This document shows, one piece after another, positions 27,862 to 37,944 of a stretch of 53,942 nt of DNA. A model generated the notes under the pieces. The model saw nothing but the letters and a program-made list of their open reading frames with translations, was not told where the DNA came from and did not search any database. Each line of letters begins with the position of its first letter. The stretch's first letter is position 1. The position numbers were made by a program, and so were the translations under genes. The stretch covers positions 1 through 53,942 of the forward strand of contig JAITXI010000171.1 of assembly GCA_031284905.1 (NCBI GenBank), given 5' to 3'. Origin of the DNA: Bacteroidales bacterium (GTDB lineage: Bacteria; Bacteroidota; Bacteroidia; Bacteroidales; ML635J-15).

Positions 27862-28509
27862 TTATAATTTTACGATGAAATCAACAAAGATAGCAGGAGT
27901 TTTAACCATTTCAGGTGCTATATCTCCGGTTTTCACAACTTTTTTAACTTCCACAATAACAGTATCTGCAGCCATTGCCATTAACGGGTTAAAATTTGTA
28001 CAAGTACCTTTATAAACTAAATTTCCGTTTTCATCGGCTGTATCTGCATAGATGATTGCTAAATCAGCTTTTAAAGGTTTTTCTAAAAGATATTTTTTAC
28101 CTTCAGATTCAATAATTTCTTTACCATTTTCAACAATAGTACCTAATCCGGTTGGTGTTAAAAAACCGCCTAAACCATTTCCACCACATCTTATTCTTTC
28201 TGCAAGAGTACCTTGTGGAACAAATTCAATTTCAACTTCCTTATTGTTAAATTGTTCTATTGTTGAAGGATTTGTACCTATATGAGAACAAATAATTTTC
28301 TTAACTTTCTTATTTACAATAAGCTGTCCAACACCTTTATTAACAAATGCTGTATCATTACAAATTATTGTTAAGTCTTTTATATCTGTTTTTAATAATT
28401 CTGCAATTATCATCGTAGCACTTCCATTTCCCAAAAATCCTCCAAACATAATTGTTGTTCCACTTTTTATTTTAGATATAGCTTCATTAATATTAATAAA
28501 TTTATTCAT
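27862..28509 (-). CDS. atoD: Acetoacetate/butyrate CoA-transferase, alpha subunit
   Basis: MFGGFLG, SHIGTNP, PQGTLAERIRCGG.GLGGFLTPTG, NFNPLMAMAA. Confidence 0.9.
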   Translation of the reverse strand: MNKFININEAISKIKSGTTIMFGGFLGNGSATMIIAELLKTDIKDLTIICNDTAFVNKGVGQLIVNKKVKKIICSHIGTNPSTIEQFNNKEVEIEFVPQGTLAERIRCGGNGLGGFLTPTGLGTIVENGKEIIESEGKKYLLEKPLKADLAIIYADTADENGNLVYKGTCTNFNPLMAMAADTVIVEVKKVVKTGDIAPEMVKTPAIFVDFIVKL

Positions 28510-28593
28510 AAATAATTATTTCATGCAAATTTAACAAAATTTTCTTATTATTCAAAATTTTTTTAGATACAAATAAAAAACTCTACGCTGTAA

Positions 28594-28716
28594 CCCACTT
28601 GAGCAAAATCGCCAAAAAATGCAAAAAGGACATTTATTACCTTTTAGAAGGCTATTTTATCCTTTTTTATGCAAAGTATTTTGAGTTTTTATAGTGGTGA
28701 TTTTGCTCAATGAGAG
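28594..28716. mobile_element. MITE with IS1634-like termini
   Basis: TTGAGCAAAATCGCCA (28599-28614) matches the reverse complement of 28695-28710 at 15/16; begins TAACCCACTTGA, like the copies at 1687 and 25830. Confidence 0.65.
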
Positions 28717-28764
28717 TTAAATATTATACATAATATTGTTATTTATTAAATCGTAAATTTAAAT

Positions 28765-29478
28765 TTATTTTCCCTCTTGCTTTTTATATTTTTCGTACCT
28801 AAGATTTAATTTATCAATTATTTCTTGAGTAATATCCATTCCTTCGTTTCCATATAAAATCACGGCTTTATTTAAAATCACCGAATAACGATTGTCTGCA
28901 TTATATTCTTTAAGAAAATTTACAACTGTATCTAATAATTCGACATTTAATGTGGCTTGTTTTTCCATTAATTTTTGTTGCAAAGATTCTTCTAATTGCT
29001 GTAATTTTTGTTGCTCTGCTGCTAATTCTTGTTGTTGAGAGTCCATACTTGCTTGCGAAAGAAAACTTCCCAAACGAGCTTTTTCCATAAAAGAATTATA
29101 TTTTACTTCAAATTGTTGATATTTGCCTTTTAAATTTGCTTCAGATTTTTTTTGTTCAGTCATTAAATCTTCTTGTAATTTAATTGAATATTTATAATTT
29201 AGCAATAAAGAATCTGTGTTTACATAAGCCATTGTTGGAGTATTTTCAACGTTTTTATTAGTTAGAATTTCTCCTTTATTTGTGGATTTTTCATTTCCTA
29301 TAATAAAAAATATTATCAAACATATTACACTAATAATACTTACAATCATACTAACGACACTTATTTTCGGATAAATTTGACTTTTGCAGGATTTTACATT
29401 TTGTTCAACAATTTCTGTTTTTTGATTATCAAATTCGTTGTTATTAATTTCTGTTACGTTATTAATGTTTTCTTCCAT
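28765..29478 (-). CDS. OmpH/Skp family chaperone, membrane-anchored
   Basis: MAYVNTDSLL, long coiled coil, YSVIL...DITQEIIDKLN. Confidence 0.85.
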   Translation of the reverse strand: MEENINNVTEINNNEFDNQKTEIVEQNVKSCKSQIYPKISVVSMIVSIISVICLIIFFIIGNEKSTNKGEILTNKNVENTPTMAYVNTDSLLLNYKYSIKLQEDLMTEQKKSEANLKGKYQQFEVKYNSFMEKARLGSFLSQASMDSQQQELAAEQQKLQQLEESLQQKLMEKQATLNVELLDTVVNFLKEYNADNRYSVILNKAVILYGNEGMDITQEIIDKLNLRYEKYKKQEGK

Positions 29479-29595
29479 TTTTATTATTTTTTAAGATAAG
29501 ATATATGATTTTTCAACTTTACTTTTTTCAATTTTCCCCATAATAATTTTTTACAAATTTAATTATTTTTTCTTGAAAATCAATAATATTTATAA

Positions 29596-30036
29596 CTATT
29601 TCTTTCTTTTCATATTTTCATCAGCAATTTCATCAATTATTTTTTTTGAAATTTCTATTGCGACATAGTTTTTAAAATTTTCTTTATGGTTTTTATTTTT
29701 ATTACAAACAATTGAAATTTCGTTTAAAACAGCTTTCCGTGTAATGGTGATTTTGTTTTCATATTCACTATCAACTAAAAAGTCTTTATAATTAAATTTT
29801 TCAATAAGATAATTATCAATTTCAATAATAATATTTTTTTTTGCTATCAATAATGCTTTCTCTTGTGCTAATTGAGTGTTTGAACTTGTTGCTTCTGAAT
29901 TTGAACGAAAAAAATCAGAATCAGTTTTTAATTTTTTGCAAATATTTCTGTTAAAAAGACTACACGACTGCAATATTAACAATAAAACGGAAAAAACTAT
30001 CCAATCTTTAACTATGTTGCAGGTTTTGCTGTTCAT
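29596..30036 (-). CDS. Hypothetical lipoprotein
   Basis: Lipobox LQSC; ATG at 30036 directly follows the batE stop. Confidence 0.6.
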   Translation of the reverse strand: MNSKTCNIVKDWIVFSVLLLILQSCSLFNRNICKKLKTDSDFFRSNSEATSSNTQLAQEKALLIAKKNIIIEIDNYLIEKFNYKDFLVDSEYENKITITRKAVLNEISIVCNKNKNHKENFKNYVAIEISKKIIDEIADENMKRKK

Positions 30037-30037
30037 T

Positions 30038-30814
30038 TTACAATTTTTTGCAATTTTCCGAATGTATCCAACCATCTTTCCCATCGCTTAGCTTGATTTC
30101 ATACCAAGAATTTATTGAATCTTTTATTTCTACTTTCAAACCTTCGTTTATTTCAAATAAATTTGAACCTTCTTCGTTTGGAGACGATTTTACCATTGTA
30201 CTTTCAAAAATAATTGCAAATTTATTATTTATTGTATTTTTTGCTGATTTTGCCGAAAAAATTATTGTCAAAATTGTAATTAATAAAGTCAAAATTGAAA
30301 TATAGAAACAAAGTTTTTTTATTTTAGATTTATTTGAAAATAAAAATAAAAAGACTAATAATAAAGTGATTATTAAAGATATTATTGCAGAAATAGCCCA
30401 CGAATCAGAACTCATTAAAGACATTAATTGTTTAAACCAAGAAATATAAAATATTTCAGGTAAAACTTCCACTTTATCTTTTATTCTGGCGTTTGCAATT
30501 TTTAAATTATAAAGAATATCTTCATCATTTGGACTTAAAATTAAGGCTTTTTCATAAAAATAAATCGCATTTGCAATATCTTTGGTTTCGATATAACAAT
30601 TTCCTAAATTATAGAATAAATCAGCTGATGAATAATTTTGATTATATAAATTCGTATAAATTTTTATTGTAGATTCATAATCTTTATTCATATAACAATT
30701 AAAGGCAGAATCTATTAATATTTTAGTATTTTCAGCATTTACGTTTGTAAAAATTATAAAGTTGAAAATTATCAAAAAAGATTTTTTTACTATATTGATG
30801 ACTTTTCCTTTCAT
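30038..30814 (-). CDS. batE: BatE (TPR plus SH3-like aerotolerance protein)
   Basis: SADLFYNLGNCY...AIYFYEKAL, two TMs, NEGLKV...WYEIKLSDGKDGWI; follows batD. Confidence 0.88.
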   Translation of the reverse strand: MKGKVINIVKKSFLIIFNFIIFTNVNAENTKILIDSAFNCYMNKDYESTIKIYTNLYNQNYSSADLFYNLGNCYIETKDIANAIYFYEKALILSPNDEDILYNLKIANARIKDKVEVLPEIFYISWFKQLMSLMSSDSWAISAIISLIITLLLVFLFLFSNKSKIKKLCFYISILTLLITILTIIFSAKSAKNTINNKFAIIFESTMVKSSPNEEGSNLFEINEGLKVEIKDSINSWYEIKLSDGKDGWIHSENCKKL

Positions 30815-30816
30815 AA

Positions 30817-32649
30817 TTATTTAATTTTTTGTTCTAATTCTTCTATAATATTTGATGCCTCTGAAAAAATGAATGAAAGTTCATTTTCTTGATAATCGGG
30901 AGCAAAGTGAGCATATTCACATTTATCAATTACATTTATAAAATTATTAATAATATTTTCATCAATGTTTTTATTTTGAAGTTCTGAAATAATTTTTTGT
31001 TTTGTTAATTCTGCCGTTGGAATGTTAAGTTTATCGCTTGCATAACCCCACAATGCAGAAATTATTTCTTTATAAAATTCAGATTTTTTATTTTCTTTGA
31101 TAAATTGATTTGCTTTTTTCAATCTTTTTTTAGAAATTTTATTTGCTTTTTTTGCTTTTACTTTTGAGATATCAGAATTTTCTTTTATTTTTTTCCTTAA
31201 TAATATAACAAAAACTACAAAAATTATTAAAGGAAAAATTAAAAATAATGGAAAATAATTCGTAAAAATTAAAGGATAATAATTTTGTGATAAATTTAGA
31301 GAATTGTTTTTAATGAATTTAATTGTCTCATTACCAATGAATTTTACGTCATGTTGAGGAGAAAATGAATAATCGTTATTGTCGTTTAATCCTTTTTTGA
31401 CAAAAATTTTCAAATCGTCAATATTTTGTGTTTGATATGTTAGGCTACTTAAATTGAAAAACGAGAAATTCATTTTCCCAAATTTAAAATTACCCGGATA
31501 TCTTGGAATTATTGTATATTCCCAAATTTTTGAACCTGTGAGTCCATTTATCCCTACTGATGTATTATTTATGATTTCAGGGTCATATATTTCAAATTCG
31601 TCAGGGAAATTTATTTTTGGCAAATTTACCATATTAAAATTTCCTGTTCCACTTAATGTAATTTTTATTGTTAATGGTTCATTTACAGTAATAGTGTCGG
31701 CAGATTTTTCAATTTTCAGTAAAAAATTTCCAACAGCTCCATCATAATTTGCAGGGTGTTTTTCAGGTAAATTTTTTACTGTAATTTCACTTTCAGCAGA
31801 AGAAATTGATTTTTTTACATATTCATATCTGCTAGACCAACCTCTTCCAACAACTTGCCTAACTTGACAATCAATTTTGCATTTTTCTATTGTTACTTTT
31901 CCAAAAACCCGTGGATACAAAATATATTTTTTTAGAACTGCAGTATTATACAATTTATTATTTACCGTTTCTCTTGTAAATTGAAGTTGTTGAGGCGATT
32001 CAATTTCTTGTGCATAAAAAGAATCGAAAGCAGGCATTTTTACATCGTCAAAGGCTGCCAAATCAACCGCTGTAAAAATTTTTATTGTCACAATTATCGG
32101 CTCACCTTTATATGCTTCGGTTTTACTTAAAAAAACTCTTACAAAAATATCTTCATTAGAAACATCTTTTGGCTGAACGTTTTGTTGAGTAGCAGAACCG
32201 CCACCGCCAAACATTCTATCTAATTCTTCAAACGGGTCAACACTTTGACGACTATTGTTATTTTGAACAGCATCTTTTTGAACTTCTATTGTTTTATTTT
32301 TTGAAGTATATGTTTTTCCACCGGCATTTATTGAAATTGTCGGAAGATTGAACGTTCCTATAGCATTTGCACTTAAAGTATATGAATAAGAATAAGTTAC
32401 AGATTGTGTAACAGAACCGTTTATCATTTGAACATTTGTACTTGTTGAAACATTAGGTCCATTTAATACAGAAAAATTTGAAATATTTTTTAATTGTGGG
32501 TCGCTACCTTGTTGATTTATAGAATATTGAACTGTAAATCGTTGTCCTATACCAACTTTTGCCGGACTTGAAATAGAAATATCTGCATTTTGAGAATACG
32601 AAAACTGTATAAAAAACAAACCTGTTAATAAAATAAATAACTTTTTCAT
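30817..32649 (-). CDS. batD: BatD aerotolerance-related protein
   Basis: VLNGPNVS, INGSV, GAVGNF, GTGNF, EIYDP, ALWGY, CEYAHFAP. Confidence 0.9.
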   Translation of the reverse strand: MKKLFILLTGLFFIQFSYSQNADISISSPAKVGIGQRFTVQYSINQQGSDPQLKNISNFSVLNGPNVSTSTNVQMINGSVTQSVTYSYSYTLSANAIGTFNLPTISINAGGKTYTSKNKTIEVQKDAVQNNNSRQSVDPFEELDRMFGGGGSATQQNVQPKDVSNEDIFVRVFLSKTEAYKGEPIIVTIKIFTAVDLAAFDDVKMPAFDSFYAQEIESPQQLQFTRETVNNKLYNTAVLKKYILYPRVFGKVTIEKCKIDCQVRQVVGRGWSSRYEYVKKSISSAESEITVKNLPEKHPANYDGAVGNFLLKIEKSADTITVNEPLTIKITLSGTGNFNMVNLPKINFPDEFEIYDPEIINNTSVGINGLTGSKIWEYTIIPRYPGNFKFGKMNFSFFNLSSLTYQTQNIDDLKIFVKKGLNDNNDYSFSPQHDVKFIGNETIKFIKNNSLNLSQNYYPLIFTNYFPLFLIFPLIIFVVFVILLRKKIKENSDISKVKAKKANKISKKRLKKANQFIKENKKSEFYKEIISALWGYASDKLNIPTAELTKQKIISELQNKNIDENIINNFINVIDKCEYAHFAPDYQENELSFIFSEASNIIEELEQKIK

Positions 32650-32847
32650 TTTTTATGTACTTTTTTTGTTAAAATAACGATAGATATTTATTTTTGGTAT
32701 TTTATTCAGAAAAGATTTTTTTGAAAAGTTTAAAAAATAAAAATTTTCTTGTATTTCTTTAAAAAAGTGAATTATAATTTAGTAGAACAAAAAGAAACTT
32801 TGAAAAGGTGATATAACTCATAATGTTATTAATAGCTTTTTGTCCGG

Positions 32848-32929
32848 TATCTAATTTAGTATTGTATTTCTAATTTTTCGTTAGTTAAAAGTGGTTTGAA
32901 AAATTGGGAATACAATACCAAATTAAATA
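32848..32929. repeat. Long imperfect inverted repeat (32-bp arms, 18-nt spacer)
   Basis: 32848-32879 versus the reverse complement of 32898-32929: 28/32 identical, all differences transitions. Confidence 0.8.
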
Positions 32930-32979
32930 TATAATTGGCATAAAACCACTAAATTTGAAATATTAACTCCTCTTGTTTT

Positions 32980-35427
32980 TTACATTTTTCTATCCAATTC
33001 TGCCTTAACCAAATGTAATTCCTCATAAGAAATGTTGTTTCCTAATTTTGTTTTAGCAATTAATAAACTTTTATCATTCGTACTATTGAAATAGTTCAAA
33101 ATTTTTCGCAACTTATTTTTTTCAATCAATTTTTCAATCTCAATTTCTCCTTTCTGAACATAATTGGCTAAATGACTTACAATTGTACTTTCTGTAAGAT
33201 TGCGTTCTGTTGCGATTTCTGCAACAGTTTTTCCAACCTGAAATAGTTTGAAACTCAATAATTTAGAATCTCCTTTTTTTGATTTTGCTTCCTTTTCCGA
33301 ATTTGAAAATTGTATTAGATTTTCTTGTGGTACAACATTATTTTCTTCGCAATATTTTCTTATAATATTAAGAATTTCTTCTCCAAACTGTATATATTTT
33401 TTTTCTCCAATTCCATTTATTTGTAATAACGATTTTTTATCTATTGGTAAGTAATGAACCATTTCATATAAAGAAATTTGACTGAAAATTTGATATGGTT
33501 TTATCAACAATTTAGCAGAAGTAATTGTTCTCCACAAGCGTAATTCATTGAATAGTACCGGATTATCAATATTTTTATTATCAATTGTATCAAATTTAAA
33601 AATTTCTCTAGGTTTTTCTTTTTGAATTGTTGCAACAGCTTTAGCTTCTAAAAGAGGTTGTATATGAAAACCGGTTTTACAGGAAATCAATGTTTTATAT
33701 TTCACTTGAGTATCTTCGTCTAAACGACAAATTGCACTAGTCAGCTGTTTTTTTATTTCTTTGTTATCTAAATTTGTGTCAATTTTAGGCAAAATATCAA
33801 TAATTATTGTTTTCAGTTTTTCTGAAAAATATTTAGCTGCGTCAATAATTCTGTATTGTAATTTTTCATTTTTCTCTACATCCGGTTCAATTTGCAGCAA
33901 ACTTGTCATTTGTACATCAAAACGTATAGACACATCTATTATTTCTTTTTCTAAAAACAAAAGCATACTGTTGAAGAAATTTTTTGTAGAATCTAAAATA
34001 ATCGTATTGTTTAGAATAATAATTTTTTCAATATCTTTGATACGATTTTGTAAGTGAAAAAAATAAAAAACATCTTTTAATAATTCTTTGTGATAAATTA
34101 TACGTGCTGAATTTAATTGTGTTTCATCAGGTTGATTTTCTTCAATTTGTTGTGTAAATTCACTTACTGTTTTATCGTTAATTATTGAATAATTATTTAT
34201 TGGCGTACTTAAAACTAAGCCATCGAAAGTCTTACAACGACTAAGTGCTACATAAACTTGTCCGTGTGTAAATGATTTTTGAGCATTAATAATTGCATGT
34301 TCAAAAGTTAATCCCTGACTTTTATGAATAGTGATAGCCCAAGCTAATTTGAGCGGATATTGGGTGAATTTTCCAATAACATCCTCAATAATTTTATTGG
34401 TTTTTTCATCTAAACTATATTTTATATTTCCCCAAATTAATGGCTCTACTGCAATTTCATTTTCATCTCCGGGACATTGTACATATATTATTTCATCTTT
34501 TATATTCGTTATGCTGCCTATTTTACCATTATAAAAAAGTTTTTCTCTTTCCGGATCATTTTTTACAAACATTACTTGGGCTCCTACTTTAAAAAATAAT
34601 TCAAAATCTGTAGGATAAGACTTTTCATCAAAAATTCCTTCAACAACAGCCTTGAAACTATATTTTTTACCTTTTAAATCAATTAATTTTTTTTCATTAA
34701 TATCTCTTGCATCATTATTATGTGTACAAAGTGTTATATAACCTTCATTGTCATTTGGCTGAAAATCAGGAATATATCGTTTGTTTAAAATTTCCAAAGA
34801 AGTTTTATCTAAACAATTATCACGAACTTTATTTAAAAGAGAAATGAAATTTCTATCTTGTTGTCGAAAAATATGAGTAAGTTCAATACTTACAAAAGAC
34901 GTTTCACTGAGCGCCTTAGCACTAAAAAAATACGGTGTTTCATAAAAATCTTTCATCAAATCTTGTTCGTCTCTTTTTACAACCGGCGACAATTGTTGCA
35001 AATCTCCAATCATAAGCAATTGTACGCCACCAAAAGGTTTTGAACGATTTCTATAACGGCGAAGTACATAATCAACAGCATCGAGTAAATCGGCTCTAAC
35101 CATACTAATTTCATCAATTACGAGCAAATCTATACTACGCATAATATTAATTTTTTCTCTGCTAATCTTCTGTTTTTCAGATTTTAATCTATCATTTCCA
35201 ATTAAAGGACCAAAAGGAATTTGAAAAAAAGAATGAATTGTTACTCCATGTGCATTTATAGCAGCAACACCGGTGGGAGCAACGACTATCATTCGTTTTG
35301 TAGAAATTTCTTTAAGATTGTGCAAAAAAGTAGTTTTTCCCGTTCCGGCTTTTCCTGTCAGAAAAATGTGTTGCCCTGTAAATTGTACATATTTAAAAGC
35401 GAGTTCTAATTGAGGATTTATCTCCAT
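32980..35427 (-). CDS. PIF1-like helicase with HRDC and C-terminal HTH domains
   Basis: GKAGTGKTT, APTGVAA, IDEISM, GDLQQL, AWAITIHKSQG, YVALSR; HRDC LRLWR...INGIGEKK; HTH at the end. Confidence 0.92.
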   Translation of the reverse strand: MEINPQLELAFKYVQFTGQHIFLTGKAGTGKTTFLHNLKEISTKRMIVVAPTGVAAINAHGVTIHSFFQIPFGPLIGNDRLKSEKQKISREKINIMRSIDLLVIDEISMVRADLLDAVDYVLRRYRNRSKPFGGVQLLMIGDLQQLSPVVKRDEQDLMKDFYETPYFFSAKALSETSFVSIELTHIFRQQDRNFISLLNKVRDNCLDKTSLEILNKRYIPDFQPNDNEGYITLCTHNNDARDINEKKLIDLKGKKYSFKAVVEGIFDEKSYPTDFELFFKVGAQVMFVKNDPEREKLFYNGKIGSITNIKDEIIYVQCPGDENEIAVEPLIWGNIKYSLDEKTNKIIEDVIGKFTQYPLKLAWAITIHKSQGLTFEHAIINAQKSFTHGQVYVALSRCKTFDGLVLSTPINNYSIINDKTVSEFTQQIEENQPDETQLNSARIIYHKELLKDVFYFFHLQNRIKDIEKIIILNNTIILDSTKNFFNSMLLFLEKEIIDVSIRFDVQMTSLLQIEPDVEKNEKLQYRIIDAAKYFSEKLKTIIIDILPKIDTNLDNKEIKKQLTSAICRLDEDTQVKYKTLISCKTGFHIQPLLEAKAVATIQKEKPREIFKFDTIDNKNIDNPVLFNELRLWRTITSAKLLIKPYQIFSQISLYEMVHYLPIDKKSLLQINGIGEKKYIQFGEEILNIIRKYCEENNVVPQENLIQFSNSEKEAKSKKGDSKLLSFKLFQVGKTVAEIATERNLTESTIVSHLANYVQKGEIEIEKLIEKNKLRKILNYFNSTNDKSLLIAKTKLGNNISYEELHLVKAELDRKM

Positions 35428-35618
35428 TTTTGATTATTAAATTATTTCAAAGTTATCCTATATTTTTCAATTTACAAAATAATGTTTAGAATTATTGTCT
35501 TTCATATCTTTTAAATGGATTTGTATATGTTTTTTTGTACGGAGACATGATTTATTTGTTTATTGATTCTTTCTTTTTAGTAGATAAGCAAGTTCGTTAG
35601 ACTCAATTTGTAATTTTA

Positions 35619-36071
35619 TTATCTATAAATTTTCTCTACATGATTCACTTTGATTTTTTTTGTTAATCCGAAACTTGATGCTTTGATATTTCCTTTAAAT
35701 CGTAATTCGGGAGTTCCTCCAGAAAACGCTTTATAGAGTGTCAGTAAATTGGACAGAGTTTCTTTTGTGGAAATTTCAAAAATTATTGGATATGCGTAAC
35801 TGGAATTAGCATTGATTTTTAATCTTTCTACATTATTTATTTTCCCTGCTTTAAAATTATTTACAAATAAATCTAAATCGGCATCTTTTATTGTAATTGA
35901 AAAATTATTTGGATTTTCAATGGGAAGAAATATTTTTAATTTTATGGAACTTAATGAAAGTTGTTGTACTTCGTAATTTTTTGGATACCCAACGGTTATG
36001 TTCTGCATACTGCAAGAATAACAAATAAATACGGAAATAAAAACTATTATAATAAAAATTGTTTTTTTCAT
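35619..36071 (-). CDS. LEA type 2 (WHy) domain lipoprotein
   Basis: Lipobox-like CYSC; IENPNNFSITI motif. Confidence 0.78.
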   Translation of the reverse strand: MKKTIFIIIVFISVFICYSCSMQNITVGYPKNYEVQQLSLSSIKLKIFLPIENPNNFSITIKDADLDLFVNNFKAGKINNVERLKINANSSYAYPIIFEISTKETLSNLLTLYKAFSGGTPELRFKGNIKASSFGLTKKIKVNHVEKIYR

Positions 36072-36081
36072 AAAAAATTAT

Positions 36082-37893
36082 TTAAAAATAGAGCATTATC
36101 ATTAAAGTTATAGCGGCTTCTACTGTAGTATTTTCAATTTTTTCACCTTTATCATAAATAAAAAATTTATTATTGTTTTTTATTACTTCCGAATTTATTT
36201 TTTCTATATATTGATTTTTAATATTTGTTGCTAAATCTTGGTATTTATACAAATGCAAACCGGATAATAAAAAATAATATGAATATAGATTTTCTTTTTC
36301 AAAAAATAAATTATTATCTTCAGGAATTTTATAATTATTGAAATTTTTGTTAATATATTGTTCTATGGAAGTGTAAGCTCCCAGCCCCGACCAAATCACA
36401 TAAGGAAAGGCTTTTTTGTTCGGAATTAACTTTGAATTTACATAGTCGATATCGCAATATTCACCTGAAAAATTGTCATAAAAGTATAAATCAAAATTCT
36501 GACGAATATAATTTATTTCGTTAATTTTATTTTCTGCTTTTTCTTTAAAACCTAATTCGGAAAGAATATTTTTTATAGATAATTTTTCCGAAAAAAGAAA
36601 AGCATTTAATATTACAGATTCTAATTTTTCATCGTTTTCGCACCAAAGATTTTTATTTTCATCGTATTTGAGATACCAATTTTCGTTTAGGTCTTCAAAT
36701 TCTGCGATAAGTTCATCAAGAATTGTAACATTAGATTTGTCTGCATTGTAGATGTTCCAAGCAAGCCAAGGACCAAGATTAAAATCAGCGAAAGTGTGAG
36801 GTAAAGAATCATTCTGTCGAAAATAAAATTCATTATTAAGTCGCATGGATTTTTTATTCCAAAACCAATTCATGAAGCTAATTGTCTGATTAGAGGCTAA
36901 TTTTTTATCTAAAAAATTGAAACACATTGAATAAATAAAAATATCCATTAGTTTTACATTAAAACAATCGTGATTGTTAGAAGTAACAAAAACATTACTG
37001 AATTGGGGAGATTTTGATTTATAATTCATCCAAATTGTTTCTAAGCATTTTATTGCTAATTTTGAATAATTATTTTCTTTTTTTTCAAAGTTAGCAATAA
37101 AAAAATCCCAAAAAATTTCGTTCTGTTCAAAAGGTTTGACAAAATCGTTTAGGGCTTCTACCGCTGACTTGATTTCTTCTGTTGTGTCATACATAAAAAC
37201 ATGAGTAAGAGTAGAAACAATTCTTAAAGTGTCGTTTGGTTTAAGTGTTTGAAAATCACTAAAATTCAAAGTATATTCTGTTTCATTGTATTCCATTTCC
37301 ATTTTTCCTTCAACACGAAATTGTAATAAGAAAACGCCATCACTTTCGTTAATTAATTCTATTATCCATCCGTTTTGTGTTTCTTTTCCTTTACCAATAT
37401 TTTCAAAAATTGAGCCTTTGCAAAATAAATTAATGTCAAGGTTTTGGTTCGCAGTATTTATTACTTCTGAAACATACAGACTGGTTTTTTCGTTAACAAA
37501 AGTTAATTTTTGTGTTAGATTGAAGTTATCAAATTGATAATCTTGTTTTAATAATCCGGGATATTGGGAGATGTCAATTTTTATTGCTTTCGCTAAATTA
37601 ATTGTCCCTTGTCCTTTAATTTGAACTTCGGCTTGAAAAAGTTTGGGAGCTAACCATTGTTGGGTATAAATATTGTAAGGACCACCAAAAGCTCCATAAT
37701 TCTTTGAATCGGATTTTTCGGGTAAAGAAAAACCAAACCAAACGCCTTTATGAGAATAAAAATTCCCTCGATCGTTTTTGGTTTTCGGAATGAAAGATGA
37801 ATTTATTAAATCTGAATAATCATAAACAGATTGTGCAACAATTGAACTTGCAATTAATGCTAAAGCTAATAATATTAATAATAATTTTTTCAT
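36082..37893 (-). CDS. YgjK/GH63 (MGH1-like) homolog, probably catalytically degenerate
   Basis: N-terminal FYSHKGVWFGFSLP...FGGPY, KCLETIWMNY, ESVILNAFL; catalytic motifs not recognisable. Confidence 0.6.
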   Translation of the reverse strand: MKKLLLILLALALIASSIVAQSVYDYSDLINSSFIPKTKNDRGNFYSHKGVWFGFSLPEKSDSKNYGAFGGPYNIYTQQWLAPKLFQAEVQIKGQGTINLAKAIKIDISQYPGLLKQDYQFDNFNLTQKLTFVNEKTSLYVSEVINTANQNLDINLFCKGSIFENIGKGKETQNGWIIELINESDGVFLLQFRVEGKMEMEYNETEYTLNFSDFQTLKPNDTLRIVSTLTHVFMYDTTEEIKSAVEALNDFVKPFEQNEIFWDFFIANFEKKENNYSKLAIKCLETIWMNYKSKSPQFSNVFVTSNNHDCFNVKLMDIFIYSMCFNFLDKKLASNQTISFMNWFWNKKSMRLNNEFYFRQNDSLPHTFADFNLGPWLAWNIYNADKSNVTILDELIAEFEDLNENWYLKYDENKNLWCENDEKLESVILNAFLFSEKLSIKNILSELGFKEKAENKINEINYIRQNFDLYFYDNFSGEYCDIDYVNSKLIPNKKAFPYVIWSGLGAYTSIEQYINKNFNNYKIPEDNNLFFEKENLYSYYFLLSGLHLYKYQDLATNIKNQYIEKINSEVIKNNNKFFIYDKGEKIENTTVEAAITLMIMLYF

Positions 37894-37944
37894 TTAATAA
37901 ATCATTGTTTTTTTATTGATTTTAAATACAATTATTATGCAAAA

